Positions 37,867 through 46,438 of a stretch of DNA of 49,188 bases are shown here, one piece after another (the first letter of the stretch is position 1; each line of letters opens with the position of its first letter). The position numbers were made by a program, and so were the translations under genes. The stretch is from Fibrobacteria bacterium. GTDB lineage: Bacteria > Fibrobacterota > Fibrobacteria > UBA11236. The notes below the pieces were generated by a model. That model was not told the DNA's origin, did no database searches, and saw only the letters and a list, made by a program, of their open reading frames with translations. The stretch covers positions 1 through 49,188 of the forward strand of contig JBJHDK010000011.1 in the NCBI GenBank assembly GCA_050486505.1. The letters are read 5' to 3'.

Positions 37867-39344
37867 TTTCCGCGCGTGTCTTCCTGCAGTTCCACGGTCA
37901 AAAGCAACGGCGCTTCAGGCCAGCGCCGGGCACGTTCCGGGCTCACCGTATTCCTGCCCCGTCGTCCGTTACCCGAAACCACGTCGATGGTTCTTCCATC
38001 CAGCGTTTGCACGCGCAGGCGATACGGTCCGTCATGGTCGAGCACGAAGGTTACGGGGCGCTGGCCCGCGGCGATGCGCGCCGTTGCTCCGGAACCGCCC
38101 TGTCGCAAATCGCGGGTGACCTCGTGCAATGCAACCGGGCCTGACGGCACGGTCACCCGCCATGCGACCTCCTGCTGCAGCTTGTCGAGGTCGCGCCGCA
38201 CCCAGTCGAGGGGGTGGGGCGCGGCGTTGTCGCTGCCCGACCGGATCACGACCTCGTCGTACACGTGGGCGCGCACGGTGTAGTCCCCCGAAGGGAGAGA
38301 GTCGGGCAGGACGAATTTCTCCCCGCCGTTCGACCGTACCAGCACGGTGTCGATGTACCAGTCCACCCACAATACCTGCGGATCCACTGTCCTAACCCAC
38401 AACGTGTCCGGATCCGTGAGGATGCCCGCCGTGTCGAGAAAGGCGTCGAGCGGCCGCACGCGGTTGTAGATGTCGAGCACGATCTTCTCCATGCTGACGA
38501 TGTTGAAGGCGCGCGCCCTTCCCTGGGAGGTGATGTTCATTTTGCTGTTCTGGTCGGGGCGGTACATGCCCTGCCGCACATAGCGCGCGCCCTCGTAGGC
38601 GCCGATCACGCCGATGAGCGGCTGGTTGTAACCCAGCCAGTGCCCCCACTTCAGTGCGCCGGTGGGGTCCTTGGTCACGTTGATCTCGCCCGGCTCGTTG
38701 TTGGGGAGGTTGTTTGAGCCGTCGTACTCGTCGGCGAGCTGGTGGTGCGAGTGGCCGGCCTCGTGCAGGGCGATCTCTCCCCAGTAGTTGCGCGAATAGA
38801 CGCAGATCGATCCCCCGGAGTTGTAGTAGCCCGAGGCGTTCAGCACCGCGTAGATCCAGAAACGGTTCACGGAGTTCGACTGGCTCCAGTTCGGCGTGAG
38901 GCCGTGCGGCGCGAGTCCCGCTGTGACGGCGTTGCGGGTTTTCGAGGCGTTCACGGTTCCCAGGCGCGTGGAGTTGCGGCCGATTCCGTCGAGGGGGGTG
39001 TCGCGCACCTGTGGGGGATTGAGCTCGGGTTCGTCGATTCCCGATTCAGGGCTTACGAGATCGATGCGGTAGTTGTTGAAGAAGTTGCGGTAGCGCCGGT
39101 AGGGTTCTCCCCGTAGCGCGGTGTCGCGGTAGGTCACGGCGCGCTGCACCGCGAGTTCGAACTGCGCGCGATCCGCCGAGGAGGAGTCGAAGCCATCGCC
39201 GATGTAAATCACGTGGATGCGGTTGGCCCCGGGGCCGTGCTCGCCGAGTTTGACCGCAGGGGGAACCGTTTGGGCCTGCGCGACCGCGAAGAGCGCCCCC
39301 ACTCCTCCGAGGAGCGCGATCGTGATGCGTGTTCGACGTGTCAA
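37863..39344 (-). CDS. Peptidase M64-family secreted protein with a C-terminal sorting-like domain
   Basis: 'NRI..IGDGF', 'PY..YRN.FN', 'HEAGH...LADEY', 'KW.HWLG', 'YEGA.Y...G.YRP...S.M'; TTG start inferred. Confidence 0.85.
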   Translation of the reverse strand: MTRRTRITIALLGGVGALFAVAQAQTVPPAVKLGEHGPGANRIHVIYIGDGFDSSSADRAQFELAVQRAVTYRDTALRGEPYRRYRNFFNNYRIDLVSPESGIDEPELNPPQVRDTPLDGIGRNSTRLGTVNASKTRNAVTAGLAPHGLTPNWSQSNSVNRFWIYAVLNASGYYNSGGSICVYSRNYWGEIALHEAGHSHHQLADEYDGSNNLPNNEPGEINVTKDPTGALKWGHWLGYNQPLIGVIGAYEGARYVRQGMYRPDQNSKMNITSQGRARAFNIVSMEKIVLDIYNRVRPLDAFLDTAGILTDPDTLWVRTVDPQVLWVDWYIDTVLVRSNGGEKFVLPDSLPSGDYTVRAHVYDEVVIRSGSDNAAPHPLDWVRRDLDKLQQEVAWRVTVPSGPVALHEVTRDLRQGGSGATARIAAGQRPVTFVLDHDGPYRLRVQTLDGRTIDVVSGNGRRGRNTVSPERARRWPEAPLLLTVELQEDTRGK

Positions 39345-39540
39345 AGCGGTTGCCTTTCGATGAAGTGCCGGGAATGTAACGCCGTCGCAAGTTTTTTTTG
39401 TCCGGATTCGCACGGAAGGTTCGCATTCTACCAGTCATGTGCGTTTTTTGAAGAAAGCGGGCGTTTCGTCAGTGCCCCCGCGGTAGATTAGGCGCTCATG
39501 TTTTCCGTCGCGCAGGGCGCGGCCTACCACGGGAAGTCCG

Positions 39541-41211
39541 ATGACGCCGAAAGAAGAACTGCTCGCCTCCCAGAAACAATTGCTCGCCGACGCGCACGCG
39601 CGCGGCGGCCTGGCCCCGTTCAAGGCTTATTTCAAGCTTTCGGGCCCGGGCTGGCTGCAAAGCGCGATCACCCTCGGCGGGGGATCCCTGGCCGGCGCAT
39701 TGTTCCTGGGAGTCCTGGGCGGTTACAACTTCCTGTGGTTGCAGGTCGTCGCCGTGACCTTCGGCGTGATCATGCTCAGTGCCATCTCTTACATCGCCCT
39801 GTCTTCCCGCGAGCGCCCCTTCACGGCCATTAACAACCACATCAGCCCCGTGCTCGGCTGGGGCTGGGCGGCCGCGGCCATGGCGGCCAACATCGTGTGG
39901 TGCCTGCCGCAGTTCAGCCTGGCCACAGCTGCGATGCGGCAAAACCTTCTCCCCGGATTGCTCGGTGATGACGGGCCGCTGGGAGAGTTCGGCGGCAAGC
40001 TGGTCGTTTCCCTTGCACTCCTGGCCATCGCGATTCTCATGGTCTCCACCTACGGCAACAAGGGGCGCGGCATCAAGGTGTTCGAGCGCCTGCTCAAGCT
40101 GCTTGTGGCCTTGATCGTGATTTGCTTTGTCGGCGTGGTGATCAAGCTCTCGTTGACGCCGGGCGTGTTGCCCTGGGGAGAGATTTTCCGCGGCTACATG
40201 CCCAACCTGCGGCAATGGTTCGAACCCTCCGCCGCCTTCGTGCCGTTGTTGCAGGATGTCGCGCCCGAGTTCCGCGTCTTCTGGATCGATTCGATTCTCG
40301 GCATGCAGCGCGACGTGATGATCGCCGCGGCCTCGGCCGCCGTGGGCATCAACATGACCTTTTTGCTGCCATACTCCCTGCTGGCCAAGGGCTGGGGACG
40401 CGAGTTTCGCGGCATGGCGGTGTTCGATCTCGTCATCGGCATGGCCATTCCCTTCATCATCGTCACCTCGTGCGTGGTGATCGCATCCGCCAGCCAGTTC
40501 CACGCCCGGCCCGGCACCGGGCTGCTCGAAGGGGAGGGTGCGCCGCGCAACCTGATCGGCCAGTATAACGGGCTACTGTCCCAGCGCCTGCAACTTGAGA
40601 TGGGTCCTGGATACCAGGAGCTTTCGCGCGACGACGTCGCAGCACTGGCTGCAGCGTTGCCCGAGGCCGACCGTCGCATGGCGGCGACGCTGGTGCGCCG
40701 CGACGCCTTCAACCTCGCGGAGACGCTGGCGCCGCTGACCGGGCATCGCGTGGCCAACATCGTGTTCGGCCTCGGCGTGTTCGGCATGGGGCTTTCGACC
40801 ATTGTCATCCTGATGCTGATCTCGGGCTTCGTGGTGACGGAAGTCTTCAATAAACCGTTGGGAGGACGGGCGCACAAGTGGGGGACTTTGATCCCTGCCA
40901 TCGGGGTTTTGGGGCCATTCATCTGGTCGGGCAAGGTGTATTTCTGGTTGGCCGTGCCCACTTCGGTGTTCGGGATGGCCCTGCTGCCCATCGCCTACTT
41001 CACCTTCCTGTGGATGATGAACTCGCGCCGCGTGCTCGGTGAAGACATCCCGCGCGGCAACCTGCGCTCGGTGTGGAATGTGCTGATGGCCGTGGCGGTG
41101 GCGTGCATTGCCGTGGCGTCGGTATGGACGATCTGGTCCAAGTCGGGTTGGTACGGCACGGGAGCCTTGATCGCCTTCGTTGTGGCGATTTTGCTGACGC
41201 GGAGGAAGTAG
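39541..41211 (+). CDS. NRAMP-related multi-pass transporter
   Basis: 'SGPGWLQSAITLGGGS', about 11-12 TM helices, 'AVGINMTF'. Confidence 0.75.
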   Translation: MTPKEELLASQKQLLADAHARGGLAPFKAYFKLSGPGWLQSAITLGGGSLAGALFLGVLGGYNFLWLQVVAVTFGVIMLSAISYIALSSRERPFTAINNHISPVLGWGWAAAAMAANIVWCLPQFSLATAAMRQNLLPGLLGDDGPLGEFGGKLVVSLALLAIAILMVSTYGNKGRGIKVFERLLKLLVALIVICFVGVVIKLSLTPGVLPWGEIFRGYMPNLRQWFEPSAAFVPLLQDVAPEFRVFWIDSILGMQRDVMIAAASAAVGINMTFLLPYSLLAKGWGREFRGMAVFDLVIGMAIPFIIVTSCVVIASASQFHARPGTGLLEGEGAPRNLIGQYNGLLSQRLQLEMGPGYQELSRDDVAALAAALPEADRRMAATLVRRDAFNLAETLAPLTGHRVANIVFGLGVFGMGLSTIVILMLISGFVVTEVFNKPLGGRAHKWGTLIPAIGVLGPFIWSGKVYFWLAVPTSVFGMALLPIAYFTFLWMMNSRRVLGEDIPRGNLRSVWNVLMAVAVACIAVASVWTIWSKSGWYGTGALIAFVVAILLTRRK

Positions 41212-41379
41212 GGGGGGACGGTTCCGGGTGCTGTCGCCTCCTTGGCTTTTCCGAGCGCCGGCACACAACGGATCGGTTGCAACGGCCCCCTGCCATCCGA
41301 AGCCGTATTTGCGGGCAGTCCCCCAAACATCCTGCGGGTGATGCACGGGAACCACCCTCCCTTTGCTACCGTTTCGCCC

Positions 41380-42273
41380 ATGCAAATCCGTAACACCACA
41401 TTCGACAAACTCGCCGCCGTAGAAATCCGCACCGCCAAGGCCCGCATGGTGATCGTCACCGAAATCGGACCGCGCGTGGCCCACCTTTCCGCCATCAAGG
41501 GGAAAACCGAAAGCCGCAACCTGTTCTTCTGGGATACCCCCAAGAAATACCAGCGCGGCGAATGGCTCCTGCGCGGCGGGCACCGCATCTGGGGCACGCG
41601 TCCCCTCGCGGACGAGAGCGAGGAGTGCTACTCCGCCGACAATGATCCTTGCAAGGTGCGCGTGTCGAAGCGCGGTGTCACCGTCGTGGGCCCGAAGATG
41701 GATGCCTACGGCGTGCAGAAATCCCTCACCGTCCGCGTGCTCGACGACTACACCTTCGAGGTCGAGAGCGCCGTCACCAATGTCAGCGACATGCTCTGGT
41801 CGGGCGGCGCGTGGTCGCTCACGGCCACCTTGCCCAAGAAAGGTTGCACCTACGGCATTCCGCTGGGGGACGGCAGCGACTGGGATCTTTTCGCCATCGT
41901 CATCCCCAAGGCCTGGGGCGGCCACGGCGCACCGGTCAATGATCCCCGCATCGCGCTTACGGAGCATTGCATGATCTTCACCCCCGGCGGGCGCGAGACC
42001 AAGCGCATGATCCAGGCTCCGCAGGGCATCATGGGCATGACCGATGTCACGGAGAAGGTTTCCTTCCTGAAGCACTCGCCTTACGATCGTGACGCCCGCT
42101 ATCCCATGAACTGCAACCTCGCGTTCTACAACGGCCCGGGGAACTTCATGACCGAGATGGAGAGCATGGGCGCGGAGTCCACCTTGAAGCCCGGTGAGAT
42201 CGCGCGCAATGTCGAGACCTGGGCGCTGCGCGACCCGATCGATTGGAAGACGGTCAAGTCGGTGGTGATTTAG
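41380..42273 (+). CDS. Hypothetical protein, DUF4380/galactose-mutarotase-like
   Basis: 'GPRV', 'W.L.GGHR.W..P', 'Y..DN', 'EME..G..TL.PG....E.W'. Confidence 0.6.
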   Translation: MQIRNTTFDKLAAVEIRTAKARMVIVTEIGPRVAHLSAIKGKTESRNLFFWDTPKKYQRGEWLLRGGHRIWGTRPLADESEECYSADNDPCKVRVSKRGVTVVGPKMDAYGVQKSLTVRVLDDYTFEVESAVTNVSDMLWSGGAWSLTATLPKKGCTYGIPLGDGSDWDLFAIVIPKAWGGHGAPVNDPRIALTEHCMIFTPGGRETKRMIQAPQGIMGMTDVTEKVSFLKHSPYDRDARYPMNCNLAFYNGPGNFMTEMESMGAESTLKPGEIARNVETWALRDPIDWKTVKSVVI

Positions 42274-42421
42274 GAAGAGTGAAATGGGAAGAGTGAAGAG
42301 TGAAATAACGCAAGCACAATTCCGGGAGGTCGTAACGATTTCTGGAGGCGGCGGCTTTTCTTTTTCACATTTCCTGTCTTATGTCTTCATTTCACTCTTC
42401 ACTCTTCCCGTTTCACTCTTC
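42274..42421. repeat. 33-bp inverted repeat built from GAAGAGT heptamers
   Basis: 42274-42306 versus 42389-42421, one mismatch, 82-bp spacer. Confidence 0.9.
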
Positions 42422-43114
42422 GCTTCCCCCGACCCCACCGACATCGTCCGTCGCGCGGACCAGAAGATGCGCGGCGAATCGGCCATCATCGAGATGACCC
42501 TCACCGTCACGCGCCGCGATTGGAGCCGCGAGATGCGCATCCAGTCGTGGAGCCAGGGCGACGACAAGTCGTTGGTCGTCATCCGCGCCCCGGCGCGCGA
42601 CCGCGGCACGGCCTTTCTGCGCGACGGCCGCGAGGTGTGGAACTGGGTCCCTTCGGTCGAGCGCGTCATCAAATTGCCTCCCTCCATGATGTCGCAGAAC
42701 TGGATGGGCACCGACTTCACCAACGAGGATTTCGTGCGCGAGGCTTCGGTCGTCCGCGATTACGAACATGCGCTCGATGGCGAGGACGTGATTCTCGGGC
42801 GCCCCTGCTGGCGCATCGTGCTCACGCCGAAGCCCGATGCGCCCGTGGTGTGGGGCAAGGTCGTTGCGTGGGTCGACAAGGCCGACGACTTGCAGCTCAA
42901 GACCGAGTTTTACGATGAGGACGAGGAACTGGTGAATACCCTCGTCGCCACCGAGATCGGCACGCTCGGCGGTCGCACGTTCCCCGTGGCGGTGGAGATG
43001 ATCCCGGCCGACAAGCCGGGGCAGAAGACCGCGATGCGGTACCTGACGGCAGAGTTCGACGTGTCCATCCCCGCGCGCACCTTCACCTTGCGCCATTTGG
43101 AAACGTTCCGGTAA
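42284..43114 (+). CDS. Outer-membrane lipoprotein-sorting (LolA-like) protein
   Basis: 'PARDRGTAFL', 'W.W.PS.ER.IKLPPSMMSQ.WMG.DF.N.D', 'APVVWGK'. Confidence 0.88.
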   Translation: MGRVKSEITQAQFREVVTISGGGGFSFSHFLSYVFISLFTLPVSLFASPDPTDIVRRADQKMRGESAIIEMTLTVTRRDWSREMRIQSWSQGDDKSLVVIRAPARDRGTAFLRDGREVWNWVPSVERVIKLPPSMMSQNWMGTDFTNEDFVREASVVRDYEHALDGEDVILGRPCWRIVLTPKPDAPVVWGKVVAWVDKADDLQLKTEFYDEDEELVNTLVATEIGTLGGRTFPVAVEMIPADKPGQKTAMRYLTAEFDVSIPARTFTLRHLETFR

Positions 43115-43120
43115 GCTCTC

Positions 43121-44338
43121 ATGCTCCTGCGCCTGTCCTGGAGAAACCTCTGGCGCAACCGCGGGCGATCGCTCATCACCGCCGGATCGGTGTTCTTCGC
43201 CGTGCTGCTCGCGACCTTCATGAGCGCCCTGCAGGTCGGCACCTACAACCGCATGATCGACAACGTCGCCGGCGTGCACACCGGCCATGCCCAGGTGCAC
43301 CTCGCGGGGTACTGGGACGACCCCGTGCTCGACAACGCCTTCTTCGCCTCCGATACGGCGGAAGCGCACATCGCCGCCATGCCCCGCGGCGCCGTGCCCG
43401 TGCCGCGCCTCGAATCCTTCGTGCTGGCGTCCGGCGGCGAGCGCACGCGCGGCGCGCTCGTCGTGGGGGTTGATCCGGAGCGGGAACACTTGCTTTCGGG
43501 GCTCGCTGACCGTGTGCGGGAAGGTGCGTACTGGGGTGGGGGGGATTCTGCGGGAGCCTTGCTGGGCGAGGGGCTCGCCGGGCGTCTCGGCCTCGGCGTG
43601 GGGGACACCGTGGTGCTGCTCGGCCAGGGATACCAAGGCTCCATGGCCGCCGGAGCCTACCCCGTGCAGGGCATCGTCCACTTCGGATCCCCCGAACTCA
43701 CCGAGCGCATGCTCTACCTCCCGCTCGCGCAGGCGCAGGATCTCTTCCGTGCCGAGGGGTTGCTTACCGGCTACGTCCTCGGGCTCGACGACACGCGCCG
43801 TCTGCAATCCCGGCTCGAGGCCCTGCGCGCCGCCCTCGGCCCCGACTACGAAGTGATGGATTGGGCCGAAATGATGCCGGAGCTGAAGCAGGGGCTCGAA
43901 GGCGACCGCGCCGGCGGCCTCATCATGATGGGAGTGTTGTACCTCATCATCGCCTTCGGCATTTCGGGAACGCTGTTCATGATGGCCCACGAGCGCCGCC
44001 GCGAGTTCGCCGTGCTGCACGCCGTGGGATTGCGCCGCGCGCTGCTCGGCCGCATGGTGCTGGTCGAATCGGTGTGGCTCGGCGTGCTTGGCGTGGGCGC
44101 GGGCCTGCTGGTCGCCTGGCCCGTCGTGCTCTGGTTCCACCACCATCCCATCCGCCTCACCGGCGCGCTCGCGGACGCCTACCGAGAATTCGGCATGGAG
44201 CCGGTCATGCCCACCGACGCGACCCCCGCCGTGTTTTTTCAGCAAGGCAGCGTCGTCCTCGTCGTGGCCTTGTGCGTGGGCGCCTTCATGAGCTGGCGCG
44301 TGTACCGGCGCGATCCGCTGGACGCGCTGAAGGAATAA
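43121..44338 (+). CDS. ABC transporter permease (MacB/FtsX/LolE family)
   Basis: 'SWRNLWRN..RS..T', large periplasmic loop, 'ERRREF..L.AVG'. Confidence 0.92.
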   Translation: MLLRLSWRNLWRNRGRSLITAGSVFFAVLLATFMSALQVGTYNRMIDNVAGVHTGHAQVHLAGYWDDPVLDNAFFASDTAEAHIAAMPRGAVPVPRLESFVLASGGERTRGALVVGVDPEREHLLSGLADRVREGAYWGGGDSAGALLGEGLAGRLGLGVGDTVVLLGQGYQGSMAAGAYPVQGIVHFGSPELTERMLYLPLAQAQDLFRAEGLLTGYVLGLDDTRRLQSRLEALRAALGPDYEVMDWAEMMPELKQGLEGDRAGGLIMMGVLYLIIAFGISGTLFMMAHERRREFAVLHAVGLRRALLGRMVLVESVWLGVLGVGAGLLVAWPVVLWFHHHPIRLTGALADAYREFGMEPVMPTDATPAVFFQQGSVVLVVALCVGAFMSWRVYRRDPLDALKE

Positions 44339-44353
44339 GGAACGAGGAGACGC

Positions 44354-45568
44354 ATGCTGTTCACCTTGGCGCGCCGCAATCTTTGGAGACATCCCAAGCG
44401 CAGCATCTTGCTGATGCTCTCCGTGGCCAGCGGACTCTGGGCGGGCCTGTTCCTGTCGGGGTTCTTCCTCGGCATGATCGAGCAACGCATCGCCCTCGCG
44501 CTGGGCACGGAGTTTTCCCATGTGCAGGTGCATGCGCCGGAGTTTCGCCCCGACTTCGAGGCCACGGAAACCATTCCGGACGCGGAGGCGCTGGCGGAGG
44601 AGATGGCGGGAGACGCCCGCGCCCTGCATGTCGGGATGCGTTCGCTGGCGCAGGGCATGCTGGGCACCGCGCGCGGCGCGCATGGCGCGACCATCCGCGG
44701 CGTGGATCCGGAGCGTGAGCACGCGCTCACCGGGCTGTGCGATCGCGTGCAATCCGGAAGCTGCCTCGAAGAAGGAGTAGGGGGGATCCTGATCGGGGAG
44801 GCCCTGGCGGAACGGGCCGGGATCCGGGTCGGCTCCCGCGTGGTGCTCACCTTCCCGTCCGCCACGGGGGACATCACTTCAGGTGCCTTCCGCGTGCGCG
44901 GCTTGTACCGCAGCTCCGATCTTCGTTTGGACAGGACGGTCGTGTACGTGCCCCGCGCTTCGCTCAACGCCTTGCTGGAACTCCCTGCCGACGCCGCGCA
45001 CCAAATCGCGGTCCAGCTTTCGGACGCCGCGCTGGCCGGTCCCTTCGCGGAGGAGTGGCAACAGCGAACCCCCCGACTTGAAGTGCAGGACTGGCGCAGC
45101 CTGTCCCCCGAACTCGACCTTACGGTTTCGTCGGGAACGCAATCGTTGCTGATTTTCATGATCATCATTTTGATGGCGCTGGCCTTCGGCATCGTGAACA
45201 CCATGCTGATGGCGGTGCTCGAGCGGCGACGCGAGATCGCCATGCTGTTGGCGCTCGGCATGGGGCGCTGGCGCGTCTTCCGCCTCGTCGTGATTGAAAC
45301 CGTGCTGCTGGTGCTGGCGGCGACTCCGCCCGGCTTCCTGCTGGCGTGGATCACGGTGGCGATCACCGCTCGGACGGGCATCGACCTGTCGATCTACGCG
45401 GAAGGCTTGGCGGCCTACGGATACGAAGCCGTGGTGCGCCCCGAATTGCAGGCGATTCATTACATGCAGGTCGGTGCGCTCGTCGCGGTTGCCGCGATCC
45501 TGTCAGCGATCTGGCCGGCGTGGAAGGCCGTGCGCACCCCGCCGGCGGGTGTGTTGATGGCAAAGTAG
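44354..45568 (+). CDS. ABC transporter permease (MacB/FtsX/LolE family)
   Basis: 'ARRNLWR...RS', 'NTMLMAVLERRREI..L.ALG', 'WPA.KA'. Confidence 0.92.
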   Translation: MLFTLARRNLWRHPKRSILLMLSVASGLWAGLFLSGFFLGMIEQRIALALGTEFSHVQVHAPEFRPDFEATETIPDAEALAEEMAGDARALHVGMRSLAQGMLGTARGAHGATIRGVDPEREHALTGLCDRVQSGSCLEEGVGGILIGEALAERAGIRVGSRVVLTFPSATGDITSGAFRVRGLYRSSDLRLDRTVVYVPRASLNALLELPADAAHQIAVQLSDAALAGPFAEEWQQRTPRLEVQDWRSLSPELDLTVSSGTQSLLIFMIIILMALAFGIVNTMLMAVLERRREIAMLLALGMGRWRVFRLVVIETVLLVLAATPPGFLLAWITVAITARTGIDLSIYAEGLAAYGYEAVVRPELQAIHYMQVGALVAVAAILSAIWPAWKAVRTPPAGVLMAK

Positions 45569-45716
45569 GGGCGAGCCGCGGCTCGCCCTGACGACGATGG
45601 CGACCTGTCATCCCGGCGAAGGCCGGGATGGGTCGCCCATACGGTAGGGACGACGCAGGACTGTAGGGACGAGGCGCCCTTCGACAAGCTCAGGGCAAGC
45701 GCCTCGCCCTTCACAG
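45565..45716. repeat. Cluster of GTAG-type REPs with nested palindromes
   Basis: GTAGGGGCGAGCC.CGGCTCGCCCT; GGCGACC[TGTCATCCCGGCGAAGGCCGGGATG]GGTCGCC; GTAGGGACGAGGCG[CCCTTCGACAAGCTCAGGGC]..GCGCCTCGCCCT. Confidence 0.8.
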
Positions 45717-45736
45717 GGTATAGACAAGGGGGTAAC

Positions 45737-46438
45737 GTGCAAACATCAACGACAGAACCCGTCATCCAGGCGCGCGCGTTGACGCGCGTGTACCCCGGCG
45801 CCGTGCCGGTGCGCGCAGTGGACGGCGTCGATCTCGACATCGCGGCCGGGGAATTCACGACCTTGGTCGGGCCGTCGGGATCGGGCAAGACCACCTTGCT
45901 CAACCTCATCGGCGGGCTCGACCAGCCCACCTCGGGAACGATCCGCGTGGGCGGCAAGGAGTTGACCGGCCTCAAGGAATCGCAGCGCGTCGAATTCCGC
46001 CTGCGCCACATCGGCTTCGTGTTCCAGTCGTACAACCTGATTCCGGTTTTGTCCGCGCGCGAGAACGTGGAGTTCGTGCTGCTGCTGCAGGGCATGGAAA
46101 AGGCGGAGCGGGAAAAGCGCGCGCTGGAATTGCTCGATGCCGTGGGACTCGGATCCCGTCCCGACGCGCGGCCGGGGCAGCTTTCGGGCGGGCAACAACA
46201 GCGGGTGGCGGTGGCGCGGGCGCTGGCCTCGCATCCCGACTTCGTGCTGGCCGACGAGCCCACCGCGAACCTGGACTCGACTTCGGCATTTCAGCTGCTC
46301 GACATCATGCGCGACCTGAATCGCACGCGCGGCATCACGTTCCTGTTCTCGACGCACGATGCACGCGTGATGGAACGCGCGGGACGCATCATCCATCTCG
46401 AGGACGGGAAGATCGCGAAGGATGAGGTACGGGGGTGA
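45737..46438 (+). CDS. ABC transporter ATP-binding protein (LolD-like)
   Basis: 'GPSGSGKTT', 'LSGGQQQRVA', 'ADEPTANLD', 'THD'. Confidence 0.95.
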   Translation: MQTSTTEPVIQARALTRVYPGAVPVRAVDGVDLDIAAGEFTTLVGPSGSGKTTLLNLIGGLDQPTSGTIRVGGKELTGLKESQRVEFRLRHIGFVFQSYNLIPVLSARENVEFVLLLQGMEKAEREKRALELLDAVGLGSRPDARPGQLSGGQQQRVAVARALASHPDFVLADEPTANLDSTSAFQLLDIMRDLNRTRGITFLFSTHDARVMERAGRIIHLEDGKIAKDEVRG

